A stretch of DNA of 56,069 bases, from NCBI GenBank assembly GCA_963588615.1, contig CAVAJA010000028.1:1-56069 (forward strand), read 5' to 3'. This DNA is from Lachnospiraceae bacterium (GTDB lineage Bacteria > Bacillota > Clostridia > Lachnospirales > Lachnospiraceae). Both the position numbers and the translations under genes were made by a program. Below, piece by piece: positions 1-10,520 of this stretch (positions within the stretch are counted from its first letter, which is position 1; each line of letters starts with the position of its first letter). A model generated the notes under the pieces. It searched no databases and was not told the DNA's origin. It saw nothing but the letters and a program-made list of their open reading frames with translations.

Positions 1-413
1 GTGTAAAATCGGCATTGTGTCGAGCAGGAGTGTATCTGCTCTTCCTGTTTACGCTGATTTTCTTTGGCGCACCGAGTTTGGAATACAGCGGTGCGATTCT
101 GAGGAGATTTCTGGTGTTCACCTATCCGGGATGGCTCTACCGCATGGCGGCAAAGCTGGATATGCCGGAGTTCTGGCTGCTGAACAAGCTGGTTTCGGCA
201 GCGGCACCGGGACTTGCAGATGCGGTGCTCCTTGCAGAACTGCTGGGAATGCTGGCATTGTCACTGCTGCTTGTGAACAGGAAGCGGACGGCGGTAACGC
301 TGTCGGAGACGATGGCGCTGAACGTGCGGAATGCCGTTTTGCTGGGAGCACTGCTGGTGATGTGCCTGTGTTCCGTGTCCGGTGTGTCGACGTACCTGTA
401 TTTTCAGTTCTGA
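1..413 (+). CDS. MBOAT family O-acyltransferase (AlgI/DltB-like), C-terminal part, truncated by window start
   Basis: Hydrophobic helices ending in STYLYFQF, the FxYFQF terminus typical of AlgI-type MBOATs; no credible start inside the window. Confidence 0.75.
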   Translation, partial: VKSALCRAGVYLLFLFTLIFFGAPSLEYSGAILRRFLVFTYPGWLYRMAAKLDMPEFWLLNKLVSAAAPGLADAVLLAELLGMLALSLLLVNRKRTAVTLSETMALNVRNAVLLGALLVMCLCSVSGVSTYLYFQF

Positions 414-463
414 CGAAGATTTTTGCAGGAGTTTTGGATGGGTGCAGCAGGTTTGGAAAACAG

Positions 464-1597
464 ATGATGAAGAGCAGACAAAACGAGCGTGTAAATCACA
501 GCGCAGGACCAAAAAAGGGCGGCGCAGCAAGGTTTCTGACGGCACTGGCTGTTACGGCAGCGGCGCTGGCCGGGCTGTGCGCCCTTGCAGTGTATCTGCT
601 GGATCCCTTTTATCATTACCATAAGCCGTGGTTCGGACTGAAATCTGTCTTAAATGAAAAAGAATATCAGGTGCCCGGAAGCCTTCGGCATTACGAATAT
701 GATTCGGTGCTGGTGGGGTCGTCCGTGGTGGAGAACAATGACAACGCCTGGTACGACGAGGCCTTCGGAGGCACAACGATCAAGGCCGTGCGCAGCTACG
801 GCGGCGTGGCAGATCTGGTGTGGTATCTGAATCTGGCTTTTGAATCGCAGGACATCCGGCAAGTGTTCTTTAACCTGGATCCTTCCTCTTTGACGCAGGA
901 GGCAGAGACGACCTTTGAGGCCTCCGGCTGCCCGATGTATCTGTACGACAGCAATCCTCTCAATGATATACAGTACCTGTTGAATAAAACGGTGCTGCTG
1001 GAAAAGATTCCGTATCTGCTGGCACAGTCCCTGTCTTCTGATTACAATGAGGGGCTCTCCTACAACTGGGCAGAGGGAAAGGATTTCTCGGAAAACGGCG
1101 TGCTGACACATTACGTGCGCAAAAGGAAAGCGTCAGAGGCACTTCCTGCGGAGGCAAAAAAGCAGCAGCTGGAGGATAATCTTGCCTTGCTGACCGAGAT
1201 TGTGGAGGAACATCCGAAAACACAGTTCTATTTTTTCCTGCCGCCGTATTCCATGATCTGGTGGGATGATGCCGTGCGCAGCGGTCTGGAGGAAGTGTAC
1301 CTCTATGATGAAGAGCAGGCAGCAAAGACGCTTCTGCAGTATGAGAATGTGCGCTTTTTTGACTTTCAGAATATGACGGAAACGGTGACGGATCTGAACC
1401 GGTACATGGACACGGTGCACTTCGATCCGCAGACCAATTATGAGATCTGTCAGGCGCTGGCTGCCGGTGAGTGCGAGGTGACAGACGAAAATCTGGAAGA
1501 AGTCTTTGCTGCAACCAGGGCCGGCATTGCCGAATATGAGGCCGGGCAGATCCGCGCCTATGAGGAAGCAGATCGGTTCGTGTATGATTCGGAGTGA
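464..1597 (+). CDS. Membrane-anchored SGNH/DltD-like protein, partner of the MBOAT
   Basis: N-terminal TM helix followed by DPF, a GSS motif (VGSSV) and C-terminal DxxH (DTVH). Start moved to MMKSRQ because the ORF's upstream part overlaps the MBOAT in another frame. Confidence 0.6.
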   Translation: MMKSRQNERVNHSAGPKKGGAARFLTALAVTAAALAGLCALAVYLLDPFYHYHKPWFGLKSVLNEKEYQVPGSLRHYEYDSVLVGSSVVENNDNAWYDEAFGGTTIKAVRSYGGVADLVWYLNLAFESQDIRQVFFNLDPSSLTQEAETTFEASGCPMYLYDSNPLNDIQYLLNKTVLLEKIPYLLAQSLSSDYNEGLSYNWAEGKDFSENGVLTHYVRKRKASEALPAEAKKQQLEDNLALLTEIVEEHPKTQFYFFLPPYSMIWWDDAVRSGLEEVYLYDEEQAAKTLLQYENVRFFDFQNMTETVTDLNRYMDTVHFDPQTNYEICQALAAGECEVTDENLEEVFAATRAGIAEYEAGQIRAYEEADRFVYDSE

Positions 1598-1609
1598 GGA
1601 GCAGTTTTC

Positions 1610-2704
1610 ATGGCAGAGCACGCAGCACAGGTCAATGAACTACTGGAATGGTACGACAGCAATCGTCGGATTCTCCCCTGGCGGGAGGATCCGACGCCTT
1701 ATCATGTGTGGCTTTCGGAAATCATGCTGCAGCAGACCAGAGTAGAGGCTGGAAAGGCCTACTATCTGCGTTTTCTGGAAGAACTGCCGGACATCGCGTC
1801 CCTGGCAGCGGCACAGGAGGAAGTGTACTTAAAGCTGTGGGAAGGCCTGGGGTATTATTCCAGAGTGCGGAATCTTCATAAGGCGGCCGAAAAAATCATG
1901 GAGGATTTCGGAGGCAGGATGCCGAAGGAGGCAGGTGAACTGGAAAAGCTGCCGGGAATCGGCCCCTATTCCGCGGCCGCCATCTCCTCCATTGCATTTG
2001 GACAGCCGGCGGTGGCGTTGGACGGCAATTTGCTGCGCGTCTATGCCCGCATGACGGAATGTGCGGAAGAGAGTAAGAGCCCGAAGGCCAGAAAGGAAGC
2101 TCTTGCATATTATGAGGAGCGGATCGGAGCGGCCGGGAAACGGCCGGGGGATTTCAATCAGGCTCTGATGGATCTGGGGGCAGGAGTCTGTCTGCCTAAC
2201 GGAGAGCCGCTGTGCGGAAAATGTCCGTGGGAAGCAAGATGCCTGTCACACAGCGAAGGAAGAGAGCAGGAGTTCCCCGTGGTTTCGCCGCAAAAGACAC
2301 GCAGGAAGGAAAAGCGGACCGTGCTGATCCTGCGTGCCGGAGACCGGATTGCACTGCGAAGACGTCCGGAAAAGGGACTCCTTGCGGGCTTGTATGAATT
2401 TCCGAACGTGGAAGGGCACTGCAGGGGAAAGGACCTGCCGAGAATTATGCGGCAGCTGCTGTCGCAGGAAGTACCGGAGGGAGCCGTTCGCAGACTTCCT
2501 TCGGCAAGGCATGTATTCTCTCATATCGAATGGGTGATGCAGGGATATGAAATTCGTCTTCCGAGTGTCTGTGAGGCGGAGGACGTGATCTGGGCAACGC
2601 AAGAGGAACTGGAAAGGAAGTATTCCGTTCCCTCGGCGTTTGATGCATACAAACCGGCATCTGCGGCAGCAGGAAGCCCGGACAGCAGCGAAACACAGGC
2701 CTGA
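1610..2704 (+). CDS. mutY: A/G-specific adenine glycosylase MutY
   Basis: LPWR..PYHVWLSEIMLQQT, WEGLGYYSR, HhH LPGIGPY, DGN, Fe-S motif CLPNGEPLCGKCPWEARC, NUDIX-like C-terminus. Confidence 0.95.
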   Translation: MAEHAAQVNELLEWYDSNRRILPWREDPTPYHVWLSEIMLQQTRVEAGKAYYLRFLEELPDIASLAAAQEEVYLKLWEGLGYYSRVRNLHKAAEKIMEDFGGRMPKEAGELEKLPGIGPYSAAAISSIAFGQPAVALDGNLLRVYARMTECAEESKSPKARKEALAYYEERIGAAGKRPGDFNQALMDLGAGVCLPNGEPLCGKCPWEARCLSHSEGREQEFPVVSPQKTRRKEKRTVLILRAGDRIALRRRPEKGLLAGLYEFPNVEGHCRGKDLPRIMRQLLSQEVPEGAVRRLPSARHVFSHIEWVMQGYEIRLPSVCEAEDVIWATQEELERKYSVPSAFDAYKPASAAAGSPDSSETQA

Positions 2705-2731
2705 ACAGGCTCGCGTCGCAGGAGGCAGAAA

Positions 2732-3703
2732 ATGCGGATCGAATATCCGGAATATTATGAGAAATTTCATTGTCTGGCAGAGGCCTGTCCGGACACCTGC
2801 TGCAAGGATTGGGAGGTGGATGTGGATGAAGACACCTTCTATTACTACCGGGTGCAGGAGGGAACGCTGGGAGAGAAGCTGAACCGTCTGCTGAAGGAGG
2901 AGGGGGAGGCCAAATATATTCCGCTGCGGGAAGATGGGCGATGCCCTTTTCTGCGGGAGGATGGGCTCTGCGAAATCTGCGCCGCCCTGGGGGAAGAAGG
3001 CCTTTCTCAGACCTGTCAGGAATATCCGCGCTACTATATGGGAATCGGAGACTATGAACAGATTGATCTGAGTTTGTCCTGCATGGAGGTCGGGCGTCTC
3101 CTGTTCACGGGGAAAGGACCGGTTCATTATGTAAAGGATACCGATGAGGAAGAGCCCTGGGAGACGCTGGAGGAAGGAGAACAGGAACGGCTTGTGAATG
3201 TTCTGAAGCTGCGCGATGAGATCCTGCAGAGTCTTGCAGGATACGAGGCAGGAACGGAAAATGCGGAGGAAGTGCTGCCGGAAGTCCTTCCGGATGAGAG
3301 CGCGGATGAGGAACTGCTGGAACTGATTCCGGAGCTTGAAATTCTGGACACGGAAGGAGCAGGTCTTATCGCGGCAATTCAACAGGACTATACCGAAATC
3401 AGGGATTGCGAAGCGGCTTTCAGGGAACGGTATGAAGAGCTGCTGCGGAGATTGTTCACGAGATTTGCAGCGTATCTGGTGTATCGTTATACCATTGATT
3501 CGTATTACGAGGACATGGAGAATGTGAGGCGGCTGTGGCGGCGAAGTCTGCGCCTGGTGCTCCTGATGTGTATCAACTGCGACCGGCAGAGCGGATCCTT
3601 CGGAATCGGCAGCATGATACGTCTGACGCACAGCTTCTCACGCCAGATTGAGCACAGCGATGAAAATCTGGAGCTGTGGAAAACACGCAGAACAGCACCG
3701 TAA
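2732..3703 (+). CDS. fliB: FliB family (flagellin lysine-N-methylase-like) cysteine-cluster protein
   Basis: FHCLAEACPDTCCKDW, CPFL..GLC, TCQEYPR, LSLSC and C-terminal SRQIEHSDEN; real substrate unknown. Confidence 0.75.
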   Translation: MRIEYPEYYEKFHCLAEACPDTCCKDWEVDVDEDTFYYYRVQEGTLGEKLNRLLKEEGEAKYIPLREDGRCPFLREDGLCEICAALGEEGLSQTCQEYPRYYMGIGDYEQIDLSLSCMEVGRLLFTGKGPVHYVKDTDEEEPWETLEEGEQERLVNVLKLRDEILQSLAGYEAGTENAEEVLPEVLPDESADEELLELIPELEILDTEGAGLIAAIQQDYTEIRDCEAAFRERYEELLRRLFTRFAAYLVYRYTIDSYYEDMENVRRLWRRSLRLVLLMCINCDRQSGSFGIGSMIRLTHSFSRQIEHSDENLELWKTRRTAP

Positions 3704-3777
3704 AGGTGCTTTGAATCGATGCAAAATATGTTATCATCAGTGGAAAAAGTTGAACCCTACACGGAGGAATGAGAGCG

Positions 3778-4380
3778 ATGAATATTGTGTGTCTGGATTT
3801 GGAAGGAGTATTGGTTCCGGAGATATGGATTGCATTTGCAGAGGCTTCCGGAATTCCGGAACTCAAGAGAACCACCAGAGACGAACCTGATTACAATAAG
3901 CTGATGAACTGGCGCCTTGGAATCCTGAAGGAGCACGGGCTTGGTCTGAAGGAGATACAGGAGACCATAGCGACCATCGATCCGCTTCCCGGTGCAAAGG
4001 AATTTCTGGATACGCTTCGCAAGGAGACGCAGGTGATCATCATCAGCGACACCTTCTCCCAGTTTGCCGGTCCTCTGATGGCAAAGCTTGGCTATCCTAC
4101 TATTTTCTGCAATTCCCTTGAGGTGGCAGAGAACGGAGAGATCACAGGTTTTAAGATGCGCATCGAGAACTCGAAGCTGACCACAGTGAAGGCGCTGCAG
4201 TCCATCGGCTACGATACCATCGCCAGCGGAGATTCCTTCAATGATCTTGGCATGATCGGTGCCAGCAAGGCGGGCTTCCTGTTCCGTTCTACGGAGCAGA
4301 TCAAGAAGGATCACCCGGAGCTTGCTGCGTACGAGACCTTTGATGAGCTCCTGGCTGCCATTGAGAAAGCACTGGTATGA
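3778..4380 (+). CDS. thrH: Phosphoserine phosphatase / homoserine phosphotransferase ThrH (HAD)
   Basis: CLDLEGVLVPEIW, TTRDEPDY, IISDTF, GDSFND. Confidence 0.92.
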   Translation: MNIVCLDLEGVLVPEIWIAFAEASGIPELKRTTRDEPDYNKLMNWRLGILKEHGLGLKEIQETIATIDPLPGAKEFLDTLRKETQVIIISDTFSQFAGPLMAKLGYPTIFCNSLEVAENGEITGFKMRIENSKLTTVKALQSIGYDTIASGDSFNDLGMIGASKAGFLFRSTEQIKKDHPELAAYETFDELLAAIEKALV

Positions 4381-5411
4381 AATATTATTTTGCTCCGCTG
4401 GAGGGAATCACGGGGTGCCGCTTTCGCCTGGCACATCATCAGTTCTTTCCCGGGATGGACGCCTATTACACGCCCTTTGTGGTGGCGACCTATACCAATA
4501 AGCTGAAATCAAGGGAAAAGAGGGACGTTCTGCCGGAGAACAACAAGGGAGTGCCGACCGTTCCGCAGGTTCTCACGAATCGAGCGGCTGAATTCCTGCA
4601 TTGTGCTGAATTTCTTGCTGCATTCGGCTATACGGAGGTAAATCTGAATCTGGGATGTCCGGTCGCGACCGTGACGGCTAAGGGAAAGGGTTCCGGTATG
4701 CTGCGGACGCCGGAGGTGTTGGATCGCTTCCTGAACGAGATTTGTGAGGGAGCAGAACGGATTCGGGTGATGGATGCGGACGGGAGATGTCAGCCGCTGC
4801 GCATCTCTGTCAAGACCCGACTTGGCTGGGAGAAGCCGGAGGAATTTGAAGAGCTTCTTGGCGTGTATCAGCGATATCCGCTGGAGAAGCTGATCATTCA
4901 TGCCAGAACCCGGCAGGAGCTGTACCGCGGAAAGCCGGAACTGGAGGCATTTCGAGCAGCCTATCACACTGCGGAGGGAACCGGAGAGAAGAGCCGGCTG
5001 CGGCTGTGCTACAACGGAGACGTTCGGACGGAAAATGATCTGGATTTTCTGGAGCGGGAGTTTCCGGAGTTGGACAGCATCATGATCGGCAGAGGGCTGC
5101 TGTCGGATCCGGGGCTGATTCTGAAGCGGGTGAACGGAATAAGGGCAGGAGTTAAGACCATTCGGGAATTCCACGATGCCCTGTATGCTGCTTACGATGA
5201 GCAGTTTCACGATGACAGGATTCGCATCAACTGCATGAAGGAGCTGTGGACATTTCTGGGACAGAGTTTTCGGGATGAAGGACGCTACGTAAAGGGAATT
5301 CATAAGGCCGGGAGTCGTCTGGAATATGAATCGGCCGTGCGGATGCTGTTCGCGAATTGTTCCCGGCAGCCGCTGCAGGACGGGATCGCGAGCTCCAAGA
5401 TGGGCAGGTAA
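4377..5411 (+). CDS. tRNA-dihydrouridine synthase family protein
   Basis: APLEGIT, NLNLGCP, GSGML, SVKTRLG, IHART, YNGD, MIGRG; ATGA overlap with thrH. Confidence 0.9.
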   Translation: MKYYFAPLEGITGCRFRLAHHQFFPGMDAYYTPFVVATYTNKLKSREKRDVLPENNKGVPTVPQVLTNRAAEFLHCAEFLAAFGYTEVNLNLGCPVATVTAKGKGSGMLRTPEVLDRFLNEICEGAERIRVMDADGRCQPLRISVKTRLGWEKPEEFEELLGVYQRYPLEKLIIHARTRQELYRGKPELEAFRAAYHTAEGTGEKSRLRLCYNGDVRTENDLDFLEREFPELDSIMIGRGLLSDPGLILKRVNGIRAGVKTIREFHDALYAAYDEQFHDDRIRINCMKELWTFLGQSFRDEGRYVKGIHKAGSRLEYESAVRMLFANCSRQPLQDGIASSKMGR

Positions 5412-5477
5412 TGTGCGGCAGACGGTGTCCCCGGAGCGGAATCAGACCGACACGCTGCAAATGGAAGGAGTTCAGAA

Positions 5478-5954
5478 GTGAAGGTAACGATCCTCTGCAT
5501 CGGTCATATGAAGGATAAAGCACTGGCTTCCCTCCAGAATGAATACATCAAGCGTCTTACTGCCTTCTGCAGGGCGGAAGTGACGGAGGTAAAGGATGAA
5601 TCCAATGCCCACGCAGAGAGAGCGGGGGAGGCAGAGCGAATCAAGAACCGGGAGGCGGAGCATGCTCTGGAGAAGATTCGTCCCGGAGATTACTGCATTC
5701 TGCTGGATCTGCATGGAACGGAGTGGAGCTCCGAGGAGTTCGCAGCAAGGTTGGCCGGATGGCAGCAGCGCTCATCCTCTCTGGTATTCGTGATTGCCGG
5801 ATCGCTTGGACCGGGCAAGGCACTGACAGAGCGCGCAGACGAGAGATGGAAGCTGTCCGACCTCACATTTACCCATTTGATGACAAGAGTGCTGGTGCTG
5901 GAACAGATCTATCGGGGCTGCATGATTGAGGCAGGAAGGGATTATCATAAGTAA
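5478..5954 (+). CDS. rlmH: 23S rRNA m3Psi1915 methyltransferase RlmH
   Basis: SSEEFA, FVIAGSLG, LSDLTFTH..RVLVLEQIYRG, C-terminal YHK; GTG start with GAAGGAG RBS. Confidence 0.93.
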   Translation: MKVTILCIGHMKDKALASLQNEYIKRLTAFCRAEVTEVKDESNAHAERAGEAERIKNREAEHALEKIRPGDYCILLDLHGTEWSSEEFAARLAGWQQRSSSLVFVIAGSLGPGKALTERADERWKLSDLTFTHLMTRVLVLEQIYRGCMIEAGRDYHK

Positions 5955-6604
5955 TGGAACAACAGGGAATGCGCAGGTACGGCGCCTCGGAGCTTGCCAG
6001 AGTTTACTGTGAGAAATGCAATGGCTGCGGAGAGTGCTGCCATGGAATGGGAGAGAGCATCCGGCTGGATCCCTGGGATGTCAACCAGCTCACCAGGGGT
6101 CTTGGAAAGAGTTTTGAGGAACTTCGGGAGGCGGGAATCGTCGGGCTCCATGCAGAGGACGGAATGATCCTGCCGCATATGCAGATGAAGGAAAACGGAG
6201 ACGGTGCCTGTTCCATGCTGGGAGACGATGGAAGGTGCCGGATTCATCCATACCGTTCGGGGTATTGCAGATTGTTCCCGCTGGGAAGGGATTACGATGA
6301 GGATACCCGCAGCTTTCGGTATTTTATTGTTGACAGCGGCTGCGCCATGCCGGGAAAACAGAAGGTAAGAATCAGCAGGTGGCTCGGCATCGAGAATCTG
6401 CCGCGGTATGAGCAGTTCGTGTGTGACTGGCATTATTACTGCAGGGATGTGAAAGCATTTCTGGCCGCCTCGGAGGATGAAAATTTCCGGCAGCAGCTGA
6501 ACCTATTCATCCTGAAGGTGTTCTATGCGACCCCTTATCGTGAGGCGGATTTTTATTCTTTGTTTGACATGCGCCTTCGGCAGGCAAAAAGTGTGATGGA
6601 ATAG
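5954..6604 (+). CDS. YkgJ family (CxxCxxCC) cysteine-cluster protein
   Basis: CNGCGECC, CSML..GRCRIH..R..CRLFPLGR; TAATG overlap with rlmH. Confidence 0.85.
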   Translation: MEQQGMRRYGASELARVYCEKCNGCGECCHGMGESIRLDPWDVNQLTRGLGKSFEELREAGIVGLHAEDGMILPHMQMKENGDGACSMLGDDGRCRIHPYRSGYCRLFPLGRDYDEDTRSFRYFIVDSGCAMPGKQKVRISRWLGIENLPRYEQFVCDWHYYCRDVKAFLAASEDENFRQQLNLFILKVFYATPYREADFYSLFDMRLRQAKSVME

Positions 6605-6735
6605 CTGCCTTCATTCATGGGATTCAGCGGGTGCCCGCGGCAGTTCCGATGCACAGAAAAGGGAACTGCTGCGCAGCAGCGGATCTGCAGATGAAGTTTG
6701 AACAGTTATAGTGTTGCGAAACATGGAGGACAAAA

Positions 6736-8736
6736 ATGGCTGCATTTAAGAGAATGTTGTACGGCGGTGACTACAATCCCAATCAGTGGCCCAGAGAAGT
6801 CTGGAACGAGGATATGCGCATGTTCCGGGATGCGCACATCAACAGTGCAACGATCAATGTATTTTCGTGGGCAAAGCTTCAGCCGAATGAAAACACGTAT
6901 GATTTTTCCTGTCTGGACGAAATGGTGGACATGCTGTCAAAGGAAAACTATGACATTGTCATGGCGACCTCCACGGCGGCACTTCCTGCGTGGATGGTGC
7001 GGGACTATCCGGAAACCATGTTCGCTGACTATGAGGGACGTCGTCACCACTTCGGCGGACGGCACAATTTCTGCCCGAATTCCCAGGTGTACCGCAAGTT
7101 TGCATCAGCCCTTACCAGGAAGCTGGCACAGCGGTATGCCGGCAATCCGCATATCACCTGCTGGCACATCAGCAACGAGTACGGCGTGGTTTGCTACTGC
7201 GACAACTGCAGGAAGGCCTTTCAGGAGTGGCTGAAGAACCGCTACCATACCATTGAAGCACTGAATCAGGCCTGGAATATGGAATTTTGGGGACATCTGG
7301 TCTACAACTGGGATGAAATTGTTGTTCCGAACGTGCTGGGAGACAGCTTCAACGGCAACAGGACGAATTTTGCAGGGCTCTCCATCGACTACTGCAGATT
7401 CCAGTCGGAGAGCATACTGGACTGCTACAAGATGGAACGGGATGTGATCCGCGAATATATCCCGAATGCGCTGATTACGACCAACCTCATGGGAACCTTT
7501 AAGGCTCTGGATTATTTTAAGTGGGCAAAGGAGATGGACATTGTCTCCTGGGACAACTATCCGTCTTACGATACACCGTGGAGCATGACGGCGATGACCC
7601 ATGATCTGATGCGCGGTCTGAAGGATGCGAATTTCATGCTGATGGAGCAGACGCCGAGTCAGCAGAACTGGCAGCCCTACAATTCTCTGAAGCGCCCCGG
7701 ACAGATGCGGGCCCAGAGCTACCAGACCATAGCTCATGGTGCGGATACTGTTCAGTTCTTTCAGCTGCGCCGCAGTGCGGGGGGCTGCGAGAAATTCCAC
7801 GGGGCGGTCATCTCCCATGCAGGAACGGAGAATACCCGTGTATTCCGGGAGGTGGCAGCGCTTGGAAAGGAACTGGAGGAGATCGGGCCGCAGGTTCTGA
7901 AGACACAGAAGCATTCGGAGATCGGGCTTATTTTTGACTGGGAGAATTACTGGGCACTGGAATACACCAGCGGCCCGTCGACGGATCTGCGTTATGTAGA
8001 TCAGATCCACCAGTATTACGAGTATTTCTATCAGAGAAATTATTCGGTGGATATGATTCCGGCGGATGCAGACTTCAGCAGATATAAGATCATTGCCGCA
8101 CCGGTGCTGTATATGGTGAAGGCGGGGATGAAGGAGGCTCTGGAGGAGTATGTCCGAAACGGAGGAATCCTGATCACCACGTTCATGAGCGGAATTGTAA
8201 ACGAGTCCGATAATGTCTATCTGGGCGGATATCCCGGCCCGTTAAGAGAACTGGCCGGTGTTTTCGTGGAGGAAATCGATGCACTGGCTCCGGAACAGAG
8301 GGGAAGCGTGACCTTCGGTGACGGAACAGAGGCAGAATGCAGCCTGCTGTGTGACCTTATGCACGCAGAAGGTGCAGAGGTTCTGGCATCCTATTCCAGT
8401 GATTTCTACGCAGGCATGCCTGCTGTCACGAGAAATTCCTATGGAAAGGGAACCGTGTATTACGTCGGAACACAGCTTGCGGCGGAAGGTCTTGCCAGAG
8501 TTTTGAGTCAGGCGGCGGAGGAATCCGGCGTGAAAGCTTCTGTGCCGGAAGAAACCGGATTGGAAATTACGTGCCGCGAAGGAGAGGGAATCCGCCTGTA
8601 TTTCGTCATGAATCTCTCTGACGGAGCCAAAAAACTTCCCGCGAGCCTTGTCGGAAAATATGACCTTTTGAGCAAGGCACCTGCCGGAGAGGATGCGGTG
8701 CTGCAGAAGTGGGATACGATGATCCTGCAGGATTGA
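6736..8736 (+). CDS. Beta-galactosidase, glycoside hydrolase family 42
   Basis: YGGDYNPNQW, FSWAKLQP, WHISNEY (acid/base), CYCDNC, LMEQTPS (nucleophile), EKFHGAVI. Confidence 0.93.
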   Translation: MAAFKRMLYGGDYNPNQWPREVWNEDMRMFRDAHINSATINVFSWAKLQPNENTYDFSCLDEMVDMLSKENYDIVMATSTAALPAWMVRDYPETMFADYEGRRHHFGGRHNFCPNSQVYRKFASALTRKLAQRYAGNPHITCWHISNEYGVVCYCDNCRKAFQEWLKNRYHTIEALNQAWNMEFWGHLVYNWDEIVVPNVLGDSFNGNRTNFAGLSIDYCRFQSESILDCYKMERDVIREYIPNALITTNLMGTFKALDYFKWAKEMDIVSWDNYPSYDTPWSMTAMTHDLMRGLKDANFMLMEQTPSQQNWQPYNSLKRPGQMRAQSYQTIAHGADTVQFFQLRRSAGGCEKFHGAVISHAGTENTRVFREVAALGKELEEIGPQVLKTQKHSEIGLIFDWENYWALEYTSGPSTDLRYVDQIHQYYEYFYQRNYSVDMIPADADFSRYKIIAAPVLYMVKAGMKEALEEYVRNGGILITTFMSGIVNESDNVYLGGYPGPLRELAGVFVEEIDALAPEQRGSVTFGDGTEAECSLLCDLMHAEGAEVLASYSSDFYAGMPAVTRNSYGKGTVYYVGTQLAAEGLARVLSQAAEESGVKASVPEETGLEITCREGEGIRLYFVMNLSDGAKKLPASLVGKYDLLSKAPAGEDAVLQKWDTMILQD

Positions 8737-8856
8737 AATGGGATGCAGTTCTGCCGCAGTCTGCGGGAGTTCTTTCCATCCGTTCTCTCCAAAGATTCAT
8801 TCGGCAGTAAGAGAATGTGGATTGCAGAAGTGCGGTGATGGCAGAGGTGGCGGTCT

Positions 8857-9522
8857 ATGAATATATTCGATGTGGTGGGACCGGTGATGGTCGGCCCGTC
8901 AAGTTCGCACACGGCGGGAGCCGTCAGAATCGGCAATGTCAGCAGAAAGCTTCTGGGAGAGGACATCAAGGAGGCCAGAATATTCCTTCACGGCTCATTT
9001 CTGGCAACGGGTGCAGGGCACGGAACTGACCGGGCGCTGGTTGCGGGACTGCTGGGGCTTGCAGTTGACGATGACAGAATTCCGCACAGCTTTGAGCTTG
9101 CCAGGGAAAGGGAAATGTCGTTCCGTTTCGGGGCAGTGGATTTGGGGGAGGAGGCACATCCCAATTCGGTGAAGCTTTGTCTCACGTCCGTTTCAGGAAG
9201 GGAGCTGGAGATTGTGGGGGCTTCCGTCGGGGGCGGACGGATCCTGATTCAGGAGCTGGACGGCCTGCGGGCGAATTTCAGCGGCGATTATCCCACACTG
9301 ATCGTCCACAACGAAGATCAGCCGGGACATGTGGCGGAGGTCACGTCGATGCTGCAGCATAAATCGGTGAACATTGCGGCAATGCAGCTGTATCGATCCG
9401 GCCGCGGGGGCAATGCGGTTATGGTCATTGAGTGTGATCAGGAGATTCCGCTTCCTGCGGTGCACTGGCTGGAACACCTGGAGGGTGTAGTAAAGGTGAC
9501 ATATTACAGCGCACAGGGATGA
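8857..9522 (+). CDS. sdaAB: L-serine dehydratase, Fe-S dependent, beta subunit
   Basis: GPVMVGPSSSHTAGA, GHGTDRA, HPNS, SVGGG, C-terminal ACT domain. Confidence 0.95.
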   Translation: MNIFDVVGPVMVGPSSSHTAGAVRIGNVSRKLLGEDIKEARIFLHGSFLATGAGHGTDRALVAGLLGLAVDDDRIPHSFELAREREMSFRFGAVDLGEEAHPNSVKLCLTSVSGRELEIVGASVGGGRILIQELDGLRANFSGDYPTLIVHNEDQPGHVAEVTSMLQHKSVNIAAMQLYRSGRGGNAVMVIECDQEIPLPAVHWLEHLEGVVKVTYYSAQG

Positions 9523-9627
9523 GGGCTGCGATTGACATCGGTGACAGCGAACGACGCAGCAATGGATTCGCCGAAGACAGCGAACGGCAGGTGTCGAAGG
9601 CGTGGTCAGATAGCGGGAGGATTGGTG

Positions 9628-10506
9628 ATGTTTCAGTCACTTCAGGAGATCATCGAAGAGTGCGGCAGGACAGGAAAGCCCTTTTGGAAGGTGATTCAGC
9701 AGGAGGATTGCCGCGAGGAGAACATGACGGAGGAGGAATCCTTCGAGCGAATGACCCGAATCTATGAGGCCATGCGCAGTTCAGATGAGAATTATGAGCC
9801 GACACTCCGGTCAGCCAGCGGATTGGTGGGAACGGATGCAGAGAAGCTGCGGAAAAGGGAAGAACAGGGAAAACTCCTGAATGATCGGTTCACGGTACAT
9901 GTCATGGAACGGGCACTCCGTGTGGCCGAGTCCAATGCCTGCATGAAACGGATCGCAGCAGCACCGACCGCAGGTTCCTGCGGCGTAGTCCCTGCTGTGC
10001 TCCTTTCGATGCAGGAAAAGATGGAATATTCGGAAGAGAAAATGATTCAGGCTCTGTATGTGGCGGCGGGAATCGGCGGCGTGATCGCTGCCAGAGCCAG
10101 TCTTTCTGGGGCGGCCGGAGGATGTCAGGCAGAGATCGGTTCGGCATCCTCCATGGCAGCAGGAGCTGCGGCGGCGCTTCTTGGCGGTACGCCGGAGCAG
10201 ATGGCGCATGCTGCGGCGATGGCAATGTCAGCATTGTTGGGACTGGTGTGTGACCCGGTGGCCGGTCTGGTAGAAGTCCCCTGCGTGAAACGAAACGTTG
10301 CGGGGGCGATGAACGCCGTTCTGTACGCGGACATGGCAATGGCAGGAATTGAGAGCCGCATTCCGCCGGATGAAGTGATCGATGCGATGAAGTCTGTGGG
10401 GCATGCGATGTCGATGGACCTTCGTGAGACCGGTCGCGGCGGTCTTGCCGGAACTCCGACGGGACAGGAAATTGCGGAACGGATGCAGAACAGCGGAGCA
10501 AAATAA
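9628..10506 (+). CDS. sdaAA: L-serine dehydratase, Fe-S dependent, alpha subunit
   Basis: AAPTAGSCG, GGCQAEIG, LGLVCDPVAGLVEVPCVKRN, LRETGRGGLA; start at MFQSL after a GGAGG RBS. Confidence 0.95.
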   Translation: MFQSLQEIIEECGRTGKPFWKVIQQEDCREENMTEEESFERMTRIYEAMRSSDENYEPTLRSASGLVGTDAEKLRKREEQGKLLNDRFTVHVMERALRVAESNACMKRIAAAPTAGSCGVVPAVLLSMQEKMEYSEEKMIQALYVAAGIGGVIAARASLSGAAGGCQAEIGSASSMAAGAAAALLGGTPEQMAHAAAMAMSALLGLVCDPVAGLVEVPCVKRNVAGAMNAVLYADMAMAGIESRIPPDEVIDAMKSVGHAMSMDLRETGRGGLAGTPTGQEIAERMQNSGAK

Positions 10507-10520
10507 TAAATACGATGATT

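Noticed and set aside
17..463. N-terminal extension of the 526-aa ORF
   Set aside because: Overlaps the MBOAT gene in another frame; the real protein probably starts near 464
2246..3631. 461-aa minus-strand ORF
   Set aside because: Antisense to mutY and the fliB-like gene; no recognisable features
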